NCBI GenBank assembly: GCA_963716725.1 | Contig: CAVQUB010000009.1 | Span: 343,682-407,681, forward strand | DNA length: 64,000 bases | From: an uncultured delta proteobacterium | GTDB taxonomy: Bacteria > Myxococcota_A > Polyangia > Polyangiales > Polyangiaceae | Reading direction: 5' to 3' | Part shown: positions 21,220-33,232 of the stretch, piece by piece | How the letters are laid out: every line of letters begins with the position of its first letter | Numbering within the stretch: the stretch's first letter is position 1 | The notes under the pieces: generated by a model | Told to the model about the DNA's origin: nothing | Seen by the model: only the letters and a program-made list of their open reading frames with translations | Databases searched by the model: none | Position numbers and translations under genes: made by a program

Positions 21220-21903
21220 GCCCAGCGCCCGGCGACGGTCCACAAGGCCCGGCGGAGATCCACGTCTCCGTCGGGCCGCTCCCTTTCTGCCACCACCTCG
21301 CCACGCCCACTCGACCACCGCACTCCGGGAAACCACCCCGAGGGCATCACGAAAATGCCCGGGATTCGGGCGGGGGAAGAGCGTGGGAAACTACACTCGC
21401 GGAGAGCGCGTGCTTCGATATCCCCGGACCGGTCGCGCTGTCCGGAAGAGAAATCCTCGAAGAGACCGCGCGTGTCATGGGGCTCCCGCATCCGCGCATG
21501 GTCGGACTGCCTTTGCTCTCGCCGCGCCTGTCCTCGTTGTGGGTACGCTTCGTTACGCGCGCTCAATGGTCCATCGCGCGTGAGGTGGTGGTCGGACTGA
21601 CCGAGGATCTTCTGGCGCAAGATGACCGCTTTTGGAAGCTAATCGACCATCCGCGGCGCTTGTCCTTTGCCGAGGCGGCGCGGCTTGCCCTTGATGCCGA
21701 GCGCAGCGATGGTCGCGTTCAAGGCACCTGGGGCGCCATCGAGCGGCTGCGGGGCCTCTCGACGGGCTCGGCCTGAACGGCGCCGGGGCGGATACAGCTG
21801 CCGCAAGCACGCGCGCCTCGCTCTTCTCTAGCACCAGAGCCAAGATTTGATCGAAGCTCTAGCAGCGAGCACGTCACCGCCAGATCGCGTACCCTGCGCC
21901 CCA

Positions 21904-22371
21904 ATGCCGCTGACCTTCACCAAAGGTGACCTGCTCGAGACCGAAGGGCTCCACGCCTTTGCGCACGGCTGCAGCGCGGCGGGCGTGATGGATGCTGGCG
22001 TCTCGGGCGCCTTCAAGAAGAAGTGGCCGCGCATGTTCGACGACTATCGCCAGCGCTGCGCAGACGGGCGCTTCCACATCGGCGACGTCTGCGTCTGGAG
22101 CGACGAGGTCGACACGGTCTACAGCCTCTGCATCCAGGAGCACTGGAAGCAGAAGGCGAAGATCGCCGCGCTAGTCCGCTCGCTTCAGAAGATGACCGAA
22201 CTGGCCAAGCACGCGGGCATCGAACGCATCGGTCTACCCCGCATCGGCACCGGACTCGGTGGGCTCGACTGGCAGCGGGTGAAGCGAGTGCTCGCCGAAG
22301 CGGGACAGCAGACGGACGTCTCGCTGGTCGTATTCGACCAGTTCATCCGCGCGCGCGTCCCGAGCGGCTGA
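21904..22371 (+). CDS. Macrodomain protein (TARG1/DarG/Poa1-like)
   Basis: KGDLL, HGCSAAGVMDAGVS..FKKKWP, LPRIGTGLGGLDWQRV. Confidence 0.85.
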   Translation: MPLTFTKGDLLETEGLHAFAHGCSAAGVMDAGVSGAFKKKWPRMFDDYRQRCADGRFHIGDVCVWSDEVDTVYSLCIQEHWKQKAKIAALVRSLQKMTELAKHAGIERIGLPRIGTGLGGLDWQRVKRVLAEAGQQTDVSLVVFDQFIRARVPSG

Positions 22372-22487
22372 AATGTACCCCTGAGCCCGAGGCGTCCTCG
22401 CGGCCCACGACGGACGCGACGTGACCACGCCGTAGCGGCATCATTCTCTTTTCGGTCGAGCGTCACGAGGTCTTCGGTCTGTCGCCC

Positions 22488-22530
22488 GAACGCAAGAACG
22501 CCGAACGGGCACGGGCCCGCTCGGCGCTCT
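22488..22530 (-). terminator. Terminator hairpin at the end of the ribosomal superoperon
   Basis: gagcgccgagcgggc-ccgt-gcccgttcggcgttc followed by ttgcgttc, ~20 nt after the rplQ stop. Confidence 0.6.
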
Positions 22531-22550
22531 CCCCCGCCTGTTGGTCGACC

Positions 22551-23114
22551 TCAGGTCTTGGGTTTCGCGTCAGCGCTCTTGGCTTCGTCACCCGCGGACG
22601 CCTTGGGCTTCTTGGCGGGTGCAGCGGCCTCGGTCGCTTCCGCGCGAGGCCTTTTCGACGCCGGCGTGCGCTCTACGAGCTCGATCAGTGACATCGGCGC
22701 GTGGTCGCCACGACGGTGACCCAGCTTGATGATTCGCGTGTAGCCGCCGGGGCGCTTCTCGAAGCGTCGAGCGAGATCGACGAAGAGCTTCTCGACCAAG
22801 TCGACCTTCTCGGTCTCACCGCCGGACTCCTGCACGGTGGCGAAGCGCCGGAGAAACTGGCCGACCTGCTGCTGAACAGCGAATCGCCGCGCGCGGTCCT
22901 TCTCGCTGAGCTGATCGTGGGGTGTGTAGGCGACGGCTCCCAGGCGCTTGGCGCGCGTGATCAGCCGCTCGGCGATGCGCCGGAGCTCCTTGGCCTTCGC
23001 GTCGGTGGTCTCGATGCGCTCGTGAGCGAACAAGTTCGCTGCGAGGGCGCGAAACATGGCGCGGCGGTGGGATGTATTGCGGCCAAACTGCCGCCCTGAC
23101 TTTCGGTGACGCAT
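22551..23114 (-). CDS. rplQ: 50S ribosomal protein L17
   Basis: [20 protein letters not shown]...[17 protein letters not shown]. Confidence 0.97.
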   Translation of the reverse strand: MRHRKSGRQFGRNTSHRRAMFRALAANLFAHERIETTDAKAKELRRIAERLITRAKRLGAVAYTPHDQLSEKDRARRFAVQQQVGQFLRRFATVQESGGETEKVDLVEKLFVDLARRFEKRPGGYTRIIKLGHRRGDHAPMSLIELVERTPASKRPRAEATEAAAPAKKPKASAGDEAKSADAKPKT

Positions 23115-23127
23115 GCGCTTCCCGATC

Positions 23128-24147
<1,020 letters not shown>

Positions 24148-24296
24148 TTGGTGTCACCATGCTGTTTGCCTCCTTTCGTGATCATCGGGTTTGCGCGACT
24201 GTCCCGATGCCGCGTGAGGAACCCGCTCCTCGACCAGCGCTCCGCGGCCTGCCCGCTGTCGGACCTGCTCACGGCCTGTGTCGAGTCTCGGGTCAC

Positions 24297-24932
24297 TCAG
24301 CGCGAGTAGTACTCGACGACGTACTGCTCGCGGATCATCGGCTCGTTGAGCTCGTCGCGGACCGGCATGCTCTTGAACGACGCCGGAGAAGTTCTCCTTG
24401 TCGACCTCGAGCCAGCTCGGCGCGCGGCTCGTCTCGGCCGCCGCGAGCGCAGCGCGCGACGTAGCCGATCTTGCGGCTCTTCTCGCGGACCTCGATCTTG
24501 TCGTCCGGCTTGACCACGGTAGCTCGGGAATGTTGACGCGCTTGCCGTTGACCAGGACGTGGCTGTGGCGAACGAGCTGACGCGCCTCGACGCGCGACTG
24601 ACCGCGAAGCCCATGCGGTACACCACGTTGTCGAGGCGACGCTCGAGCAGACCGAGCATCTTCTCGCCGGTGCGGCCCTTCATGCCGCTGGCTTGGGCGT
24701 AGTAGCGCGAGAACTGGCGCTCGAGCAGGCCGTAGATGCGACGCATCTTCTGCTTCTCGCGCAGGCGCAGGCCGTACTCGCTGAGCTTGATGCGCCCCTG
24801 CCCGTGCTGACCGGGCGGATAGGGGCGACGGGTGACCGCGCACTTCTCGGTGTAGCAGCGATCGCCCTTGAGATAGAGCTTCATGCCCTCGCGACGGCAG
24901 AGCCTGCAAACGGGTCCAATGTAACGAGCCAT
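24297..24932 (-). CDS. rpsD: 30S ribosomal protein S4 (frameshifted)
   Basis: [16 protein letters not shown]...[11 protein letters not shown]...VVEYYSR. Confidence 0.95.
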   Translation of the reverse strand: MARYIGPVCRLCRREGMKLYLKGDRCYTEKCAVTRRPYPPGQHGQGRIKLSEYGLRLREKQKMRRIYGLLERQFSRYYAQASGMKGRTGEKMLGLLERRLDNVVYRMGFAVSRASRRVSSFATATSWSTASASTFPSYRGQAGRQDRGPREEPQDRLRRALRSRRPRRAARRAGSRSTRRTSPASFKSMPVRDELNEPMIREQYVVEYYSR

Positions 24933-24945
24933 GACTTTCCTCTGC

Positions 24946-25351
<406 letters not shown>

Positions 25352-25378
25352 GACAGTGGGTGCTTTCCTAAGGGTGCT

Positions 25379-25752
25379 TCACGAACGACGCCGCTGCAGC
25401 GCCCTTGCGCGGGCCCTTGCGGGTGCGCGCGTTGGTGTGGGTGCGCTGACCGTTGACGGGCAGGCCCTTGCGGTGTCGCAGGCCCGCGGTAGCAGCCGAG
25501 GTCCATCAGGCGCTTGATGTTCATCTGGACCTCGCGGCGCAGATCGCCTTCGACCTTGTAGCCGCCCTCGATCGTGTCGCGGATGGCCTTGACCTCGGCC
25601 TCGGAGAGCTCGTCCACCTTCTTGTCGCTCGGGATGCCTGCCTTCTCGCAGATCTCGCGCGCCATGCGTGTGGCCGATGCCGTAGATGTACGGCAAGCGC
25701 GAACACGACCTGCTTGCGGCGGGGGAGGTCGACTCCGGCAGATACGTGCCAT
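25379..25752 (-). CDS. rpsM: 30S ribosomal protein S13 (frameshifted)
   Basis: [30 protein letters not shown]. Confidence 0.95.
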
Positions 25753-25770
25753 GTCTTGACTCCTACCTGC

Positions 25771-25884
25771 TCAGCCCTGGCGCTGCTTGTGGCGCGGGTT
25801 GTCGCAGATCACCCGCACCACACCCTTGCGGCGGACGACCTTGCACTTGTCACAGATCTTCTTGACGCTGGGACGAACCTTCAT
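25771..25884 (-). CDS. rpmJ: 50S ribosomal protein L36
   Basis: [37 protein letters not shown] read directly (below the ORF-track cutoff). Confidence 0.95.
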   Translation of the reverse strand: MKVRPSVKKICDKCKVVRRKGVVRVICDNPRHKQRQG

Positions 25885-25911
25885 GGCGCTACCTGCCGAG
25901 CTTTCGTTGAG

Positions 25912-26147
25912 TCAGAGCTTGCGGGTGATGTGACCCCGGCTTGGGGTCGTTGGGTCGAGAGCTTCAACTTCCACGCGACTCCCGGCAATCAGCCGGACCG
26001 TCGAGTGCCTGCGCCGACGGTGGAGATGCTGGTGCGCACCGTCGCTGCCGTCGTCGAGGCGAACGCTGAACATGGCGTTCGGCAGAACCTCTTCAACCAC
26101 TCCGCTCGGCTTCCGCTGTCTCTCCGCTTCGGGCTCTCCTCCGTCAC
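25912..26147 (-). CDS. infA: Translation initiation factor IF-1-like protein (divergent, frameshifted)
   Basis: VEEVLPNAMFSVRLDDG...GSRVEVE...RGHITRK; syntenic position between adk and rpmJ. Confidence 0.7.
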
Positions 26148-26775
26148 CGCTCGAGCTCGCTCGACGATTCGTTGCGGCAACTTCGTCTGGGGTCCCGACG
26201 CCGTCAACTCGGCGAAGGAGGCCCAGCGTTCTCGTAGAATGGCAACAGTGCCGCCGTCATCGCGTCGTACTCGTCGAGTCGCCGCTTGACGGTTTCCTCC
26301 TGGTCGTCGGCTCGGTGTTCGAGCTCGGCACCCGGGGGCGGGGGGTTATACTTCAGGTGGTAGATTTGTCCAGACCGCTTGTCGATGCGGCGCAGGGTCG
26401 CTCGCTCCACCAGCAAATCGCGCGGAACGTCGATCTGGAACACATACTGAAGGGGTGTTCCGCCGTTTCTGGAGCAAGCCGCTCAGCGCCTCGGCCTGGG
26501 GCACCGTGCGCGGGAAGCCGTCGAGGATGAAGCCCGCTTGGCGTCGGCCTGATCGAGGCGCTCGTCGACCAGGCCGATCACGACCGCGTCCGGCACGAGC
26601 TTGCCAGCGGTCATGAACGTCTCGGCCTCTTTGCCCGAGCGCGCGTGCCCTCCGCCTCGCGCCGCGCGGAGCATGTCGCCCGTCGAGATCTGCGGCACGC
26701 CGAAGCGCGTCGATGAGCCGCTCCGCCTGGGTGCCCTTTCCCGCTGCCGGGCGGTCCAACCAACACGATGCGCAT
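26144..26775 (-). CDS. adk: Adenylate kinase (frameshifted)
   Basis: [38 protein letters not shown]. Confidence 0.92.
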
Positions 26776-26777
26776 CG

Positions 26778-28137
26778 TCACTGCCTCCCGTTCAAGCCGC
26801 TGCCGGCCGCTGAGCCGCGTGGTCTGCGGTCCCGGTGAGCCCTTCGTAGCTGCGCGTGATGAGGTGCGCCTCGATCTGGTTGACCGTGTCGAGCGCGACG
26901 CCGACGACGATCATCAGGCTGGTGCCGCCGAACTGAAACGGCACGTTGAAGCGCCTGGGCGATGACGCTCGGGATCACGCAGACGGCCGCGACGTAGATC
27001 GCGCCGCCCACGGTGATGCGCGTGAGCACGCGGTCGATGTACTCGGCGGTCTGCTTGCCCGGCCGGATGCCCGGGATGATCGCCTGCTGCTTCTTCAGGT
27101 TGTCGGCCACGTCCACCGGCTGGAAGGTGACGGCCGTGTAGAAGAAGCAGAAGAAGATGATCAGCGCGACGAAGAAGGTGTTGAACAGCCAGTCGCCGCG
27201 GTTCGAGGCTGCGGCTGAAGCGTCGCCATGCCGGGGACGTTGAAGTTCGCGAGGGTGGCCGGGAACATGAGCAGGAGGCTCGAGGCGAAGATCGGCGGGA
27301 TCATGCTCGCCGATGTTCACCTTGCAGCGGCAGGTGCGCGCTCTGACCGCCGTAGATGCGTCGCCCGACCTGGCGCCGGGCGTACTGAATCGGGATCTGG
27401 CGCTGTGCCCGCTCGAAGAAGACGACCACCGCGACGCTGACCAGGATCACCGCCGAGAGCAAGGCGATCGTCAGCGGCTGGATGTCGCCCGCGTTGGCCT
27501 GCCAAGTAGCCCGTCACCGCCGAGGGATGCGCCGCTCACGATGCCGGCGAAGATGATCAGCGAGATGCCGTTGCCGATGCCCGCGCTCGGTGATCTGCTC
27601 GCCCAGCCACATGATGAACGCGGTGCCGGTCGTCAGCGTGATCATCGTCAGGAGACGGAAGCCCCAGCCGGGGTGTCGCCACCACGTCGCCGAAACGGCC
27701 GCCGCCGATGTCGGCGTCGTTCAGCCCCTCGAGGTAGATCGCGATGCCGAAGGACTGGAAATGCGACAGCACGATGGTGCCGTAGCGCGTGTACTGCTCG
27801 ATCTTGCGCCGGCCCGCCTCGCCCTCCTTGCGCATCTCTTCGACCGGCTTGCAGACCATGCCGAGGAGCTGCATGATGATGCTGGCCGAGATGTAGGGCA
27901 TGATGCCCAGGGCGAAGATCGAGAGGTTCTCGAGCGCGCCACCGGTGAACATGTTGAAGAGCCCGAGCAGGCCGCCCTGGCTCGCTCACGATGCTCCGCA
28001 TCACCGTTGCGATCGACCCCGGGGGTCGTGACGAACACGCCGACGCGGTAGATCGCGAGCATCATCAACGTGAACAGAATGCGCCGGCGAAGCTCCGGCA
28101 CCTTCGTGATGTTCGAGAATCCGCCTGCGACAGCCAT
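26778..28137 (-). CDS. secY: Preprotein translocase SecY (many frameshifts)
   Basis: [40 protein letters not shown]. Confidence 0.95.
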
Positions 28138-28222
28138 ACGAAGGCTTCACCTTCCGGCGCCGCTAGAGGCGGCGCAGTGAGCGGGAGTCATAAGCATCGT
28201 TCGCGGACTCGGCTAGACGCCT

Positions 28223-28703
28223 TCAGGCTTCGGCAGCTGCCGGAGCCGAGGTCGGGATCAGGACGACCTTGCCACCGGCTTTCTCGATCTTCTCCTGGGC
28301 CGACTTGCTGAAGGCGTGCGCGCTGACGGTCAGCGCCTTGGTCCAGGTCGCCCTCACCGAGGATCTTGATGCGTACGTCGCGCCCTTGAACCAGCCGGGA
28401 TTGGCGGAGCGCAGCTTCGTCGACGACCTGGTCCTGCTCGAAGCGATCGAGCGCCGCGACGTTGATGGCCACGGTGTGGATCGGGAAGGGCACCCGGAAG
28501 CCGCGCTTGGGCAGGCGGCGCTGGATGGGGGTCTGACCGCCCTGGAAGTGCGGCTTGCCGAAGTCGCCGCCGTGGCGCGCCTTCTGGCCCTTCTGCCCGC
28601 GACCGCCGGTCTTGCCGAGGCCGGTGCCGACGCCGCGACCGACGCGCTTTTCGCGCGTGCGCGAGCCCGGCGGAGGCGAGAGGCGAGAGAGGATATCGCT
28701 CAT
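28223..28703 (-). CDS. rplO: 50S ribosomal protein L15 (frameshifted)
   Basis: [41 protein letters not shown]. Confidence 0.95.
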
Positions 28704-28888
28704 GACTTCTTCTCCTGCACGTCGATCAGGTGCAAGACCTTCTTGATCATGCCGCGGAACGAGGGCGTGTTGTCCACGACGACGGTGGAGCCCATGCCCC
28801 GAAGGCCGAGCCCCTTGAGCACGGCGCGTTGCGGGTGCGGACGGTTCGAAACCGACACGCGCTGTCGAACTTCGAGCTTGGTGGTCAT
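28700..28888 (-). CDS. rpmD: 50S ribosomal protein L30
   Basis: LKGLGLR...[17 protein letters not shown]. Confidence 0.93.
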   Translation of the reverse strand: MTTKLEVRQRVSVSNRPHPQRAVLKGLGLRGMGSTVVVDNTPSFRGMIKKVLHLIDVQEKKS

Positions 28889-29478
28889 TGTGCCGCGCCT
28901 CCCGCTGGGCCGCCGCCGGCGGTACCGACGATGGAGCTCGCTGCGGACCCTGCCGCGCTCATCTTCTGCACGGGGTAGTCGTGGCCCACGTCGTCGATTT
29001 CCTTGCCGCGGGCGCTGGCGACGTTTTCGACGCGACGGAGGCGGCTGAGCGCATCGACGGTCGCGTTGACGACGTTGTGCTTGTTGGTGGTGCCCAGGCA
29101 CTTGGTCAGGATGTCCTGGATGCCCGCGGACTCGACCACGGCGCGCACCGGGCCGCCGGCGATGACGCCCGTGCCCGGGGCTGCCGGTCGGAGCAGCACT
29201 CGGCCTGCGCCGAACTGACCGATGATGTCGTGCGGGATGGTGGCGCCGACCATCGGCACCTTGAACATGCTCTTGCGAGCCTGGTCGTTGCCCTTGCGGA
29301 TCGCCTCGGGCACTTCGTTGGCCTTGCCGAGACCGACGCCCACGTGGCCGGACTCGTCGCCCACCACGACGAGTGCGGAGAAGCTGAAGCGACGCCCGCC
29401 CTTCACGACCTTGGCGACGCGGTTGATGTGAATCACCCGCTCCTTCAGCTTTTCATCGTCAATGTGATCGAACGCCAT
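28885..29478 (-). CDS. rpsE: 30S ribosomal protein S5
   Basis: [24 protein letters not shown]. Confidence 0.97.
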   Translation of the reverse strand: MAFDHIDDEKLKERVIHINRVAKVVKGGRRFSFSALVVVGDESGHVGVGLGKANEVPEAIRKGNDQARKSMFKVPMVGATIPHDIIGQFGAGRVLLRPAAPGTGVIAGGPVRAVVESAGIQDILTKCLGTTNKHNVVNATVDALSRLRRVENVASARGKEIDDVGHDYPVQKMSAAGSAASSIVGTAGGGPAGGAAQ

Positions 29479-29494
29479 CTGATATCTCCGAGCT

Positions 29495-29854
29495 TCAGAA
29501 CTGAAGGCCGGCCTCGCGCGCTGCATCCGCGAGAGCCTTGATCCGGCCGTGGTAGAGGTAGCCGTTGCGGTCGAACACAACCTTGGCGATCTGCTTCTCG
29601 AGGCAAATCTTGGCCAAGAGCGAGCCGACCTTCTTCGCCGCGTCGGTCTTGGTGTCTTCGCCGAGCGTGCCCTTGATGTCGCGCGAGAGCGTGGAAGCGC
29701 TCGCGAGGGTGATGCCCGAAGCATCGTCCACCACCTGGGCGTAGATGTGCTTGGCGCTGCGGAATACCGACAGGCGCGGGCGCTCGTCGGTGCCAGAAAT
29801 CTTGTTGCGGATGCGAAGCTTGCGGCGTTCGCGGCCTTGTAGCGTCATTGCCAT
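29495..29854 (-). CDS. rplR: 50S ribosomal protein L18
   Basis: [29 protein letters not shown]. Confidence 0.97.
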   Translation of the reverse strand: MAMTLQGRERRKLRIRNKISGTDERPRLSVFRSAKHIYAQVVDDASGITLASASTLSRDIKGTLGEDTKTDAAKKVGSLLAKICLEKQIAKVVFDRNGYLYHGRIKALADAAREAGLQF

Positions 29855-29867
29855 CAGGTGCCTCCGG

Positions 29868-30455
29868 TCACTTCGCTTTGCCCTTGCCGGCCTTGCCCGC
29901 TTTGCGACGAATCTTCTCGTCGCGGTAGCGGACACCTTTGCCGCCGTAGGGCTCTGGCGGACGGAACGAACGAATCTTTGCCGCGAACTGCCCGAGCAGG
30001 GCTTTGTCCGGACACGCGAGCATGAGCACGGCGCCCTTGGAGTCGGCGGGGATGTTCGCGGTCATCTGCGGGGGCAGATCGATCGCGACGGGGTGGGAGA
30101 GCCCGAGGGAGAAGTGCAAGGTCTTGCCCTTCAGCTCGGTGCGGTAGCCGGTGCCGACCAAGTCGAGCGTCTGCTCGAAGCCGTCGGCCGCGCCCTTGAC
30201 CATGTTGGCGATGAGCGCGCGGCCCAAGCCCTGAAGGCGAGGCGCATCGCGACCGGTTGCATCGGCCTCGACCTGGATCGAGTCGCCCTCTTTGGCGATC
30301 TTGATCTGCGGGTGAAACGACTGACTGAGCTTGCCCTTCGGCCCCTGCACGTCGACCCTGGAGCCAGCCACGGTGACCGTGACGCCCTTGGGCACCAACA
30401 CCGGCCGCTTGCCGATGCGTGACAGCTTCTTGGGTTGGACTTGTGCTTCGGCCAT
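29868..30455 (-). CDS. rplF: 50S ribosomal protein L6
   Basis: SRIGKRPV...[13 protein letters not shown]. Confidence 0.97.
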   Translation of the reverse strand: MAEAQVQPKKLSRIGKRPVLVPKGVTVTVAGSRVDVQGPKGKLSQSFHPQIKIAKEGDSIQVEADATGRDAPRLQGLGRALIANMVKGAADGFEQTLDLVGTGYRTELKGKTLHFSLGLSHPVAIDLPPQMTANIPADSKGAVLMLACPDKALLGQFAAKIRSFRPPEPYGGKGVRYRDEKIRRKAGKAGKGKAK

Positions 30456-30859
30456 CACCAGACCTCACACAGGAGCTCGCCGCCGAGACGCTGGCGGCGC
30501 GCTTCCTTGTCCGTCATCAGCCCGTGGGAGGTGCTGAGAATCGAGGTTCCCAGGCCCGACAGCACGCGGGGGATGCTGTCGTGGCCCACGTACACCCGGC
30601 GACCGGGCCGCGAGACTCGGCGCAGCCCGATGAACGCGGCATCTCGCTCGCGACCATACTTGAGCACGACCGTCAGCGTCTCTTTGATGCCGCCGTCGCC
30701 CCACTTCTCGGTGCGCACGTCGGCGACGTAGCCTTCGGCCTTCAAGATTTCGGCGATCGCCGTCTTCACTTTGCTGCCCGGGATCCGCGCCACTTCGTGG
30801 CGCGATCGAGCCGCATTGCGGATACGGGTCAGCAGATCGCCAATCGGATCGGTCATCAT
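30455..30859 (-). CDS. rpsH: 30S ribosomal protein S8
   Basis: MTDPIGDLLTRIRNA...STSHGLMTD..GGELLCEVW. Confidence 0.97.
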   Translation of the reverse strand: MMTDPIGDLLTRIRNAARSRHEVARIPGSKVKTAIAEILKAEGYVADVRTEKWGDGGIKETLTVVLKYGRERDAAFIGLRRVSRPGRRVYVGHDSIPRVLSGLGTSILSTSHGLMTDKEARRQRLGGELLCEVW

Positions 30860-30863
30860 GGCT

Positions 30864-31049
30864 TCACCAGCTCGCCTTCGTGACGCCGGGCAGCTCTCCG
30901 CGCAGCGCCAGTTGGCGCATGCAGAGGCGGCACAGGTTGAAATCGCGGTAAACCGCCCGCGCGCGGCCACACACCTTGCAGCGGTGAACGACGCGAGTCG
31001 AGAACTTCGCCGGGCGATTCGCTTTCGCCCACTGAGATGCACGAGCCAT
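30864..31049 (-). CDS. rpsN: 30S ribosomal protein S14 type Z (Zn-binding)
   Basis: RCKVCGR...LCRLCMR...PGVTKASW, 61 aa. Confidence 0.97.
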   Translation of the reverse strand: MARASQWAKANRPAKFSTRVVHRCKVCGRARAVYRDFNLCRLCMRQLALRGELPGVTKASW

Positions 31050-31056
31050 GGTCTGG

Positions 31057-31617
31057 TCAGCTCCTGAACGGCATGCCGAGTTGGCCGAGGAGCTCTTTGG
31101 CTTCCTCGTTGGACTCTGCGGAAGTGACGATGGTGATGTTCATCCCTTTGACCTTGTCGACTTTGTCGAAGTCGATCTCGGGGAAGACGATTTGTTCTTT
31201 GAGGCCCAGCGTGTAGTTGCCGGATCCGTCGAAGGCACGAGGGCTCGTGCCACGAAAGTCGCGCACCCGGGGGAGGCTCAGGGTGAGCAGTCGATCCAGG
31301 AACTCCCACATGCGCTCTTTGCGTAGGGTGACCATCACGCCGATGGGCAAGCCCGCGCGCAGCTTGAAGTTCGCGATCGCCTTCTTGGATCGAGTCACCA
31401 CCGGCTTTTGGCCGGTGATGGCGGTCATCTCGGTCACGGCCGAATCGATGATCTTCGGATTCGCCACGGCGTCGCCGAGGCCCATGTTGATGACGATCTT
31501 CTGGATCCGTGGCACCTGATTCGGGTTCTTGTAGGAGAACCGCTTCATCAGCGCGGGGACCGCGGACTCTTTGTACTTCTCGCGCATGCGAGGCTTGGGA
31601 ACGGCTGTTTCGGTCAT
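31057..31617 (-). CDS. rplE: 50S ribosomal protein L5
   Basis: [25 protein letters not shown]. Confidence 0.97.
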   Translation of the reverse strand: MTETAVPKPRMREKYKESAVPALMKRFSYKNPNQVPRIQKIVINMGLGDAVANPKIIDSAVTEMTAITGQKPVVTRSKKAIANFKLRAGLPIGVMVTLRKERMWEFLDRLLTLSLPRVRDFRGTSPRAFDGSGNYTLGLKEQIVFPEIDFDKVDKVKGMNITIVTSAESNEEAKELLGQLGMPFRS

Positions 31618-31621
31618 GGCT

Positions 31622-31939
31622 TCATTCCTGCGGAGTGGGCAGGGCGGCGCCGCTCTTGGCGATGCGCGCTTTCTTGCCGTCTTCTTCCTTGCAACGAACG
31701 CGCGTCGGCTTGTCCGTCTCGGGGTCGATGGGCATGACCTTGCTGATGGCGATGGGGGCCTCGACTTCGAGGATGCCGCCGGCGCTCATCTGGGTGGCGC
31801 GAACGTGTCGCTTCACCTGATTGATGCCCTCGACGACGACCCGGTTCTTGTCCGTCAAGATCCGCATCACCTTGCCACGCTTGCCCTTGTCGTCACCGCT
31901 GATCACGGCGACCACGTCACCAAGCTTGATGCGTTTCAT
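31622..31939 (-). CDS. rplX: 50S ribosomal protein L24
   Basis: [21 protein letters not shown]. Confidence 0.96.
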   Translation of the reverse strand: MKRIKLGDVVAVISGDDKGKRGKVMRILTDKNRVVVEGINQVKRHVRATQMSAGGILEVEAPIAISKVMPIDPETDKPTRVRCKEEDGKKARIAKSGAALPTPQE

Positions 31940-32307
31940 CAGATCACCTCCGGCGCGAGCGAGATGATCTTCATGAAGTGCTTGCCGCGGAGCTCGCGGG
32001 CGACAGGCCCAAAGATACGGGTGCCGACCGGCTCTTGCTGCGCGTTGATCAAGACCGCGCTGTTGTCGTCGAACTTGATGTAGGAGCCATCTTGGCGCCG
32101 GTACTCGCGCTTGGTGCGCACCACGACCGCGCGAGCCGTGTCGCCCTTCTTCACCTTGGAGCCCGGCAAGGCCTCCTTGATGGCGACCACGATGACGTCT
32201 CCGAGCGCCGCATAACGCCGGCGGGACCCACCCAGCACCTTGATGCACTGGACGAGCTTCGCGCCGGAGTTGTCCGCGACGTCGAGGAAGGACTGCATCT
32301 GGATCAT
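31939..32307 (-). CDS. rplN: 50S ribosomal protein L14
   Basis: [17 protein letters not shown]...[10 protein letters not shown]. Confidence 0.97.
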   Translation of the reverse strand: MIQMQSFLDVADNSGAKLVQCIKVLGGSRRRYAALGDVIVVAIKEALPGSKVKKGDTARAVVVRTKREYRRQDGSYIKFDDNSAVLINAQQEPVGTRIFGPVARELRGKHFMKIISLAPEVI

Positions 32308-32604
32308 GTGACCGATTCCTTGACGGCGAGCTCGGCCGCCGGCCGGTTGACCAGGCGCACGACCTTCCAACGCTTGTCGCGAGAGAGCGCGCGGTGCTCG
32401 ATGATCTCGACCCGATCGCCGGTCTTGTAGAAGTTCTTCTCGTCGTGCGCCTTGTACTTGGAGCGCACGCGGACGTACTTCTTGTACATCGCGTCCATCT
32501 TGTGGCGAACCACGTCGACGACGACGGTCTTGTCCATCTTGTCGCTGGAGACGCGGCCGATCAGGCGGCGACGTCGGTTCAGGGGCTTGGCTTCCGTGCG
32601 TCAT
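32304..32604 (-). CDS. rpsQ: 30S ribosomal protein S17 (frameshift near 5' end)
   Basis: MDKTVVV...KYKAHDE...LSRDKRW. Confidence 0.95.
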
Positions 32605-32606
32605 GA

Positions 32607-32807
32607 TCAGTTCCCCTTGGGGCTCTGGCGCACGTGCAGGATCTGCTCGATGCGTGCGATGTCCTTCCGCGTCTTGCGGATGACGCTCGTGTCGTCGAGC
32701 TGGTTCACGTAGTTCTTCATTCGGCTCGAGAAGAGGTCCTTGCGGAGCTGGTTCTTCAGCTCGGTCAGATCCTCGGTCGTGCGCTCCGAGAGCTCTTTGG
32801 CCTTCAT
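32607..32807 (-). CDS. rpmC: 50S ribosomal protein L29
   Basis: MKAKEL...[11 protein letters not shown]. Confidence 0.94.
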   Translation of the reverse strand: MKAKELSERTTEDLTELKNQLRKDLFSSRMKNYVNQLDDTSVIRKTRKDIARIEQILHVRQSPKGN

Positions 32808-33224
32808 CACAGGTCTCCTCGCACCAGGAACGCGCGTGTCGATGGGCAGCTTGGAGGACGCCAGCGCGAATGCCTCGCGCGCTTCCTTCTCCGTAACGCC
32901 CGCGATCTCGAAGAGCACCCGGCCCGGCTTCACCACCGCGACCCAGCCTTCGACGGCGCCCTTGCCGCTGCCCATGCGGACTTCGAGGGGCTTCTTGGTG
33001 ATGGGCTTGTCGGGAAAGATCCGGATCCAGAGCTTGCCGGCGCGCTTGACGTGGCGCTGGATCGCCATGCGCGCGGCCTCGATCTGGCGGCCGGTGATCC
33101 AGGCCGTGGTCCATGGCCTGCAGCGCGAAGTCGCCGAAGGACACGTCACTGCCGCGTCCAGGCGACGCCGCGGTTGCGGCCCTTCTGCTGCTTGCGGAAC
33201 TTGGTTCGTTTCGGTTGACAGCAT
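32807..33224 (-). CDS. rplP: 50S ribosomal protein L16 (frameshifted)
   Basis: [31 protein letters not shown]. Confidence 0.95.
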
Positions 33225-33232
33225 GATCGCCA

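Larger units (their letters stand above)
18138..21395 (+). mobile_element. Three-gene DDE transposon (IS481/Mu-like transposase, ExeA-type ATPase, Zn-finger ORF), 3258 bp
   Basis: Ends TGTAG...CTACA; 6-bp direct repeat CTCGCG at 18132-18137 and 21396-21401; interrupts a gene that is restorable in frame. Confidence 0.92.
17538..21776 (+). pseudogene. NAD-dependent epimerase/SDR (YbjT-like) gene split by a transposon (17538-18137 and 21402-21776)
   Basis: VLLTGATGFVGG Rossmann motif; removing the element and one TSD copy restores a 324-aa frame ...MELPLA|ESACFDIPGP... Confidence 0.88.

Noticed and set aside
18138..21395. CRISPR-associated transposon (CAST)
   Set aside because: No Cas effector or array within the ends, and the duplication is 6 bp rather than 5 bp.
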